Positions 34,746 through 39,762 of a stretch of 39,762 nucleotides of DNA are shown one piece after another (within the stretch, counting starts at the first letter, position 1; each line of letters opens with the position of its first letter). The stretch comes from a virus (Duplodnaviria > Caudoviricetes): the IMG/VR virus record IMGVR_UViG_3300037047_000003, positions 1 to 39,762 of that record. One strand, 5' to 3'. The position numbers were made by a program, and so were the translations under genes. The notes beneath the pieces were generated by a model. It was not told the origin of the DNA. It did no database searches and saw only the letters and a program-made list of their open reading frames with translations.

Positions 34746-35173
34746 GTCGGTCGCCTCCCTGCCCTCGCCTGCGCGATTGTCAGCGTCTCGGGCCGAGGCT
34801 GCACATGCCACGGATCGTGCAGCGTCCGCCACCTGCGGCCTGTCATAAGCCAGTGAGCCTTGGCCGACCGCTCAAGATGCTCCGCGAACAGCGCAGGCTC
34901 CGAGTACGGATTGTCGTCGTTCACCACGTCCACGGCCAGCGCGTCCGGTAGCCCGTAAGGCGTGGTCGCGTTGTGGAAGCCCCATGCCACGCGGCTCCGC
35001 CCCTCGCGCTTGAGCCGCCTCTGCTCCTCGGGCGAGCGCCAGCCCTGCTGTATGCGAGGCCGCCAGCCGTGACCCTCAAGGTCCGACACGATGGCCGCCA
35101 CCTTGGGCCGCAGCCACTGATTAAGTTCCGTGAGCTTGGTCCGGTTGCGTGCCTTGCGCGCACCTTCGGTCAT
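34742..35173 (-). CDS. Endolysin, peptidase M15 family (catalytic domain only)
   Basis: QGWRSPEEQRRL, GFHN, ALAVDVV and DPWHVQ Zn-ligand motifs. Confidence 0.85.
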   Translation of the reverse strand: MTEGARKARNRTKLTELNQWLRPKVAAIVSDLEGHGWRPRIQQGWRSPEEQRRLKREGRSRVAWGFHNATTPYGLPDALAVDVVNDDNPYSEPALFAEHLERSAKAHWLMTGRRWRTLHDPWHVQPRPETLTIAQARAGRRPT

Positions 35174-35418
35174 TCAACCGCCGCCCCGCATATGTCGCAG
35201 TAGTCGTAGTGGTCGCTCCCGCCAGCCGGGTCCTCGTTGTAGCGCGTGCAGTAGTGCGGACACTTGGCTTGGAGGGCCTTGCGCTCAGCCCTGATGTCGT
35301 GCATCAGTTGTGCGAGGTTGCTCTCCCGCACACGCAGGTCTTCGAGCTTCGTCACGATGGACGCAACGCTCACATCAGTCGGGCGCAGATGTACCCGCGT
35401 GATACGCTCTTCGATCAC
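35170..35418 (-). CDS. Hypothetical coiled-coil/Zn-binding protein (82 aa)
   Basis: LQAKCPH...YCDICG; coupled at both ends. Confidence 0.65.
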   Translation of the reverse strand: MIEERITRVHLRPTDVSVASIVTKLEDLRVRESNLAQLMHDIRAERKALQAKCPHYCTRYNEDPAGGSDHYDYCDICGAAVE

Positions 35419-35651
35419 TGCTCGACCGACCCGCCCGTCCTGAGCAGGAGCCCGTCGTACAACAGCACGACCAGCCGCTCCTCAACCATGCGCCACTTCT
35501 CCGGCGTCATCTCGATCCCGATGGCCGTCAGATGGGAGCACCAGCCCGCCATGAACCGCTCAGGCATGTGTAGGGCGCGCTCCTTGGCCCACATGCGGAC
35601 CCCGAACTGCGCGAGCAACCACGGGATCACCACCTTGTATCGTTCCATCAC
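35415..35651 (-). CDS. Hypothetical protein (78 aa)
   Basis: Coupled at both ends within the lysis region. Confidence 0.6.
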   Translation of the reverse strand: MMERYKVVIPWLLAQFGVRMWAKERALHMPERFMAGWCSHLTAIGIEMTPEKWRMVEERLVVLLYDGLLLRTGGSVEQ

Positions 35652-35842
35652 TCACCCTTGTTCTGCGCGGATGTCCGCGCCAAGATGCTTGCCAGCGCGC
35701 CCCCTGCGCCACTCGCGACCGCAACGACCTCGCCCGGAACTGGTTTGCCCATCGCGGACAGCACAAGCGACCCGACCAGCCCGATCACCGCAATCGCCCC
35801 GATGAGCATGACGACCGCGAACACGACCCTGCTGTCTGTCAT
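35648..35842 (-). CDS. Holin-like membrane protein (64 aa, 2 TM)
   Basis: Two hydrophobic segments and a charged C-terminus; upstream of the endolysin. Confidence 0.6.
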   Translation of the reverse strand: MTDSRVVFAVVMLIGAIAVIGLVGSLVLSAMGKPVPGEVVAVASGAGGALASILARTSAQNKGE

Positions 35843-36102
35843 TCCGCTTTCCCCACATGGTAGCCGTTCGAGAACTTGCCCACCACGAAACCGAGCAGCA
35901 GGATGATGCCGCCGGACAAGACTTCACTCTTGCTGTCCGGGGCATACACGTACAGCACCGACAGCACGAGGGCCAGCACCGACGCAATCACGTACTGACA
36001 CCGATGAAAGCCCTCCACGGCGTTCGGTGCAGTCACGATAGTCACAGGCACGACAGACGGTGCCTCGATGGGCGCAGGTTCGGGTAGCCGCCGCACGCTC
36101 AC
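35839..36102 (-). CDS. Holin-like membrane protein (87 aa, 2 TM)
   Basis: YVIASVLALVLSVLYVYA and VLSGGIILLLGFVVG segments. Confidence 0.6.
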   Translation of the reverse strand: MSVRRLPEPAPIEAPSVVPVTIVTAPNAVEGFHRCQYVIASVLALVLSVLYVYAPDSKSEVLSGGIILLLGFVVGKFSNGYHVGKAE

Positions 36103-36401
36103 GCCGCAAGCCGCTCCGTCATCCTGTCCAGCTTGGACTCCATCCGCGCCTGCGACTCCCGCACGATCCGCACCTGCTCCTCAAGCCGGGCCGTGGAGCA
36201 CGCGGCGTCCCGCATGTCACGCATGATGCCCTCAATGTGGCTCCCGTTCTTCGCGTGCCCCTCCTGCAGCGTCGTAATCGCCGCCGAATAGCGCCCCCAC
36301 ACAGCGCAGGACCCTCCGACCATCACGACCACAGACGCCAGCCACTGTATGTTCCCCAACACCCATCGCCCAAAGTCGGCCATCCGCTGCTCCTCAGTCA
36401 T
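36099..36401 (-). CDS. TM + coiled-coil protein heading the lysis cassette (100 aa)
   Basis: SD AGGAG; one TM followed by heptads ending MESKLDRM; typical pre-holin/endolysin gene. Confidence 0.65.
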   Translation of the reverse strand: MTEEQRMADFGRWVLGNIQWLASVVVMVGGSCAVWGRYSAAITTLQEGHAKNGSHIEGIMRDMRDAACSTARLEEQVRIVRESQARMESKLDRMTERLAA

Positions 36402-36404
36402 TCT

Positions 36405-36429
36405 CTCGCTCCTACGCGTTTGGAGCGAG
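36405..36429 (-). promoter_or_regulatory. Hairpin occluding the SD of the first lysis-cassette gene
   Basis: CTCGCTCC-9 nt-GGAGCGAG perfect 8-bp stem; the 3' arm contains GGAG and ends 3 nt before the ATG. Confidence 0.55.
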
Positions 36430-36464
36430 GATACGGACCTACCGTTCAAGGACCGTTAAAAGTG

Positions 36465-38570
36465 CTACTGCAATCCCGTTGCGCGGCACTCTTGCTCGAT
36501 CCGCGTGTAGAACTTGTAGACGGGCTTGATCGCCACAGCCGTCAGGTGGGTCTTGGTCCACGTCGCCGTGACGTGCGTCCCATCGTCAATCGCCGTGATA
36601 ACCACGTCCTCCGCCGACGCGCCGCTGTCAATCCGCGCAGTGCCGCCAACGACGAACATGCTGCTGTCGCCGACCAGTACGCTGGATGATCCGGTAGCTT
36701 CTATAGCCGCGCCTGTGGTCGTGCCCTCAGACGCCGAAGCGTGCTTGAACGAGATGCCCTGATAGGTCAACGCCGACAGGTACCAGCCCGTCAAGGCCGC
36801 TGTCTGCACGTCGGCAGGAACGAAGCTCGCCAGGAAGTCCACGGAGGCGTTGGCCTCCATCAGTTCGGCGGGGAACGTATAGGCCACGACGGTCGCAGCC
36901 GCCACGCCGGACGCAATGCCCGCGTAGTGGTCCATCTGTCTTGCCACGCTCGCAATGTTGCCACTGTAGAGGTTGAAGCCGGATCCGTCCTTGCCCTGCG
37001 TGAGCACCCCACCGCCGCCCGTGCTTTCGTTGTGGACGAAGAAGCACTCTGTCCCGAGGCTGTACTGGTTGCCGACCACTACGTTTCGCTGTCCACCTCC
37101 GGTCGGGACCATGATCGCGCACCGCGCACCGGCGGCGTTTGTCAGCCTGAACGAGTTGCCGACCACGACGTTGTTTACCGAGCTTCCCCCGAGCCTGACA
37201 CCGGCGTTGAGGATCACGGTGTAACCGGACACGGCAACATCTATGGCGTCCCACGAGCCGAACATGTTGTTGACGATGCCGTTCTGGAACGGTCCCGATC
37301 CGTAGCCGCCGCGCAGGTCCACGCCATGCCCGAGCGTGCTGTACGATCCGAACTCGTTGTTTGAGATGCGGCTGTCGTTCACGCGCCCGAACAGTTGCAG
37401 GCCGGTACCGCCAAGCCCGTACTCGCTTCCGTTGCTGACGATCTTCGAGTTGACGAGCTTCGGCCCGGAGTTCGCCACCTGCCCGGTGGTCGTACTGCCC
37501 CATGTGCCGGTCGAGGGCGTCTGCGACAGGGGAGCCTGCGAGACGCGCATGCCGCCCATATCGTTGTACTCGGAGATGAGGTCCTGCCCGGCGCAGCCCC
37601 ATGTAAACTCCATCTGCAGACCCCAGCCGGTCATCTGCGTAAACCAGATGTTGTCGAACATGAAGTCCAGGCAGTTCGGGCCGTACTGCGCGAAGCCCGC
37701 CCCGACGACGGCGTACTTGCTCGTTGCATCGAGCGGCGTCCACCACGGGCCGTCGAGCAGGAGCTTGGTGTAGTAGTCGCCGACCTTCTCCCGCCCGAGG
37801 ATGCGGAGCATCTGCCCGATGCCGGTCCCGCCGTAGATGTAGACCGAGCACTCGTCAACCCACTCGGGGAAGATGTCGGCGGCCCCCACGCTATCAATCA
37901 GCACGCCGTCGGTGGTCGCGGCGTCCGCAAGGCCGTAGATGCCGGTGTTCCCGGTCAGGAAGTCCGAGGTCTTGCGTCGTCCGCTCACGATCATATGCCC
38001 GAGCCCCGCGAAGAGTTCACTCGGAGCATCCACGACCGCCACGCTCGTGTTGTCGGGGTTAACACCCCAATCGGTAGCCCCGGCGCTGATGGTCACGGTC
38101 GTCGTGCCGCCAGCGTAGGCCCGGCTTGTCACTGTGCGCTTCTGCCCGTAGCCGGTGCCTCGCGCAATGCGGATCACCGCGCCGACCGCGATACTGGCCG
38201 TCACATCGCCAGCGAAGGTGATGGTGGTCCCGCTCCCGCCCGAAGCCGTGGTCGGCCCGAAGGTCGGCGCCAACGCCCACCGGAACATGTCGAACGGATG
38301 GTCCAACGCCGCCTGCACGGTCGTCGCCTGCATCCCGCTGCCCCAGATTTTCTGTCCCTGGGTGAGCGCCATCGGTGCGGCCACGGTGAATGTGCCGGGC
38401 GAGAGCCGGACAACGCCGCCATACCTCGCTGTGAGCGCGGCCAGCGCGGCATTGATCTGCACCTCGTCCGCCACACCGTCACAAACGAAATCTGCACCGC
38501 CGCGTATCCGCGCAGGGCAGTTTGACGCAACGACGTAAATGGCGTTGCCGCCGGATCGTGGTAGTGACAT
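36465..38570 (-). CDS. Tailspike/receptor-binding protein with pectin-lyase-like beta-helix (701 aa)
   Basis: ADFVCDGVADEVQINAAL, GGVVRLSPGTF and IWGSGMQAT motifs; Asn-ladder repeats ISNNEF, IVNNMF, VVVGNSF, VVVGNQY and YSGNIA. Confidence 0.85.
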   Translation of the reverse strand: MSLPRSGGNAIYVVASNCPARIRGGADFVCDGVADEVQINAALAALTARYGGVVRLSPGTFTVAAPMALTQGQKIWGSGMQATTVQAALDHPFDMFRWALAPTFGPTTASGGSGTTITFAGDVTASIAVGAVIRIARGTGYGQKRTVTSRAYAGGTTTVTISAGATDWGVNPDNTSVAVVDAPSELFAGLGHMIVSGRRKTSDFLTGNTGIYGLADAATTDGVLIDSVGAADIFPEWVDECSVYIYGGTGIGQMLRILGREKVGDYYTKLLLDGPWWTPLDATSKYAVVGAGFAQYGPNCLDFMFDNIWFTQMTGWGLQMEFTWGCAGQDLISEYNDMGGMRVSQAPLSQTPSTGTWGSTTTGQVANSGPKLVNSKIVSNGSEYGLGGTGLQLFGRVNDSRISNNEFGSYSTLGHGVDLRGGYGSGPFQNGIVNNMFGSWDAIDVAVSGYTVILNAGVRLGGSSVNNVVVGNSFRLTNAAGARCAIMVPTGGGQRNVVVGNQYSLGTECFFVHNESTGGGGVLTQGKDGSGFNLYSGNIASVARQMDHYAGIASGVAAATVVAYTFPAELMEANASVDFLASFVPADVQTAALTGWYLSALTYQGISFKHASASEGTTTGAAIEATGSSSVLVGDSSMFVVGGTARIDSGASAEDVVITAIDDGTHVTATWTKTHLTAVAIKPVYKFYTRIEQECRATGLQ

Positions 38571-38572
38571 GG

Positions 38573-38902
38573 CTACACCTCCCCGAAGATCAGTTGCACC
38601 GTCCGCGCCGCGCCCTCGGCCCCGTCAGACACGACCTTCGCGTGCGTGCATTGTGGGTAGGGCCAACAGTCCAGGACGCTCGACACGGCCACGGGCATGC
38701 TGATTGCCGCGCCAGCGTCTGTCCACGCGTAGTAGGTGTCGCCTCCGTCGTAGCTCAGTTGCACGGAGACGTTCGCTCCCGTGAACGCCGCCGGTATCCC
38801 AACGCCAATGAGCCGGAGCCCGCTCGACGCCGCCGCGCCGCTCTCCGTGCCACCAGAGGCGATTGTCACCGCCGTCTGGAGTATCGCCCTCGCTGCTGCC
38901 AT
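38573..38902 (-). CDS. Small beta-rich virion protein (109 aa)
   Basis: SD AAGGGAGG; VTIASGGTESGA...IPAAFTGANVSVQLSYDGGDTY. Confidence 0.7.
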   Translation of the reverse strand: MAAARAILQTAVTIASGGTESGAAASSGLRLIGVGIPAAFTGANVSVQLSYDGGDTYYAWTDAGAAISMPVAVSSVLDCWPYPQCTHAKVVSDGAEGAARTVQLIFGEV

Positions 38903-38913
38903 GTCAGCCTCCC

Positions 38914-39366
38914 TTATACCGCCGCCGTCAGCGCGACGACGTTCGTCCCGTCGCACCATAGGATTTGTGTCTTGGTCGTCGCCACACCGACGCCCGTACC
39001 CGCCGCGGTCTTCACGGTCGCGGTGTAGCTACCGCCGTTGATGACCACGTACAGCGCCTTGTGCGTCGGCACGATAATGTTGTGCGCCCCGGTCCATGAG
39101 CCGTCTGCGAGGGTCAGCACGGGGCAGACGTACTGCGCCGCCGTCAGCGTCACATCCGCATCCGATCCCGGCGTGATGGTCGCAGCGGCCAGCCCGAACG
39201 GTTCCGTCGCGCCCGCCGACCCGCCGAGCGGAGCCGCAAGCGCGACCGTGCCTGTCCCCTTCGGGACCAGCTCAAGGTCAATGTTCGTGTCTGTGCCGAC
39301 CGCCGTCAGCTCCGGCGGACTGCTCGCCGCCGCTCCGACCAGTTGCACGCCGTTTACGTTCGCCAT
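38914..39366 (-). CDS. Tail fibre-related protein (150 aa)
   Basis: GTDTNIDLELVPKGTG, DVTLTAAQY, TVKTAAGTGV and WCDGTNVV fibre-type motifs. Confidence 0.72.
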   Translation of the reverse strand: MANVNGVQLVGAAASSPPELTAVGTDTNIDLELVPKGTGTVALAAPLGGSAGATEPFGLAAATITPGSDADVTLTAAQYVCPVLTLADGSWTGAHNIIVPTHKALYVVINGGSYTATVKTAAGTGVGVATTKTQILWCDGTNVVALTAAV

Positions 39367-39367
39367 G

Positions 39368-39762
39368 TCAGATGATCCTCGCCTTCCCCATTACTCGCAA
39401 CGTCCCATACACCGTCAGCGCGTCCATAATCGCCAGTTGCCGCGCGTCGCCCACCTCGGCCCAGCACGCGTCAGGGATCGTGTCCGGCACGCCAGCCCAC
39501 AGCCCTGCGCCCTCCGACACGTAGCGCCCGGTGCTTGCCGCCCGTGCCCGCTGCTGAACGCTTAGGTCCACTGTCGCCGTGCCGGATGCCGCGACGACCC
39601 GGCAGAGAATGCAGGCCGTCCGCTCGTCGTAGCTCGTTGGCGGCGTCGTGGTGGTCGTGATGCGCGTCTCGCCATCGGAGCACAGCCAAAGGTAGGTGGT
39701 CGCGTCGTCCGTGACCAGTTGCGTCATAGCCCCGTTCGCGTACCACACGCTCCTCGCCAGTA
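39368..39762 (-). CDS. Virion/tail protein, 3' part (begins at 344 across the circular join)
   Basis: In frame with the ATG at 344 through the 127-bp overlap. Confidence 0.8.
   Translation of the reverse strand, partial: LARSVWYANGAMTQLVTDDATTYLWLCSDGETRITTTTTPPTSYDERTACILCRVVAASGTATVDLSVQQRARAASTGRYVSEGAGLWAGVPDTIPDACWAEVGDARQLAIMDALTVYGTLRVMGKARII
39636..39762. repeat. 127-bp terminal direct repeat (copy 2)
   Basis: Identical to bases 1-127. Confidence 0.95.

Noticed and set aside
36465-38570. Diversity-generating retroelement target in the receptor-binding genes
   Set aside because: No reverse transcriptase and no TR/VR repeat pair were seen.

Overview
The window is a complete, circularly assembled, GC-rich tailed-phage genome with a siphovirus-like, HK97-type head. 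Bases 1-127 equal 39636-39762, so the unit length is about 39,635 bp. Every credible gene is on the minus strand. Reading downward from a strong sigma70-type promoter at ~32470, the order is: early zinc-finger genes, a second promoter with a Cro-like HTH, YqaJ exonuclease, SSB-like protein, RepB-type primase, AAA_25 helicase, accessory genes (including a TGT/DpdA-like transglycosylase), VRR-NUC, ECF sigma factor, PLD-family nuclease and ParB-DNA methyltransferase. Next come terminase, portal, MuF-like protein, protease, capsid and decoration protein, then a 662-aa methyltransferase-methyltransferase-glycosyltransferase fusion, connectors, two paralogous tail-tube-like genes, a frameshifting tail chaperone, tape measure and tail proteins. 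Across the origin are fibre/tailspike genes, the lysis cassette, two more virion-like genes and a terminator. I saw no integrase, CI-type repressor, ParA, tRNA or CRISPR. The best candidates for novel biology are the head-module glycosylation/methylation enzyme, the stand-alone TGT-like enzyme, the duplicated tail tube and an ATG-TAG-interrupted first early gene. All calls come from reading motifs by eye; no searches were run and the host cannot be determined.
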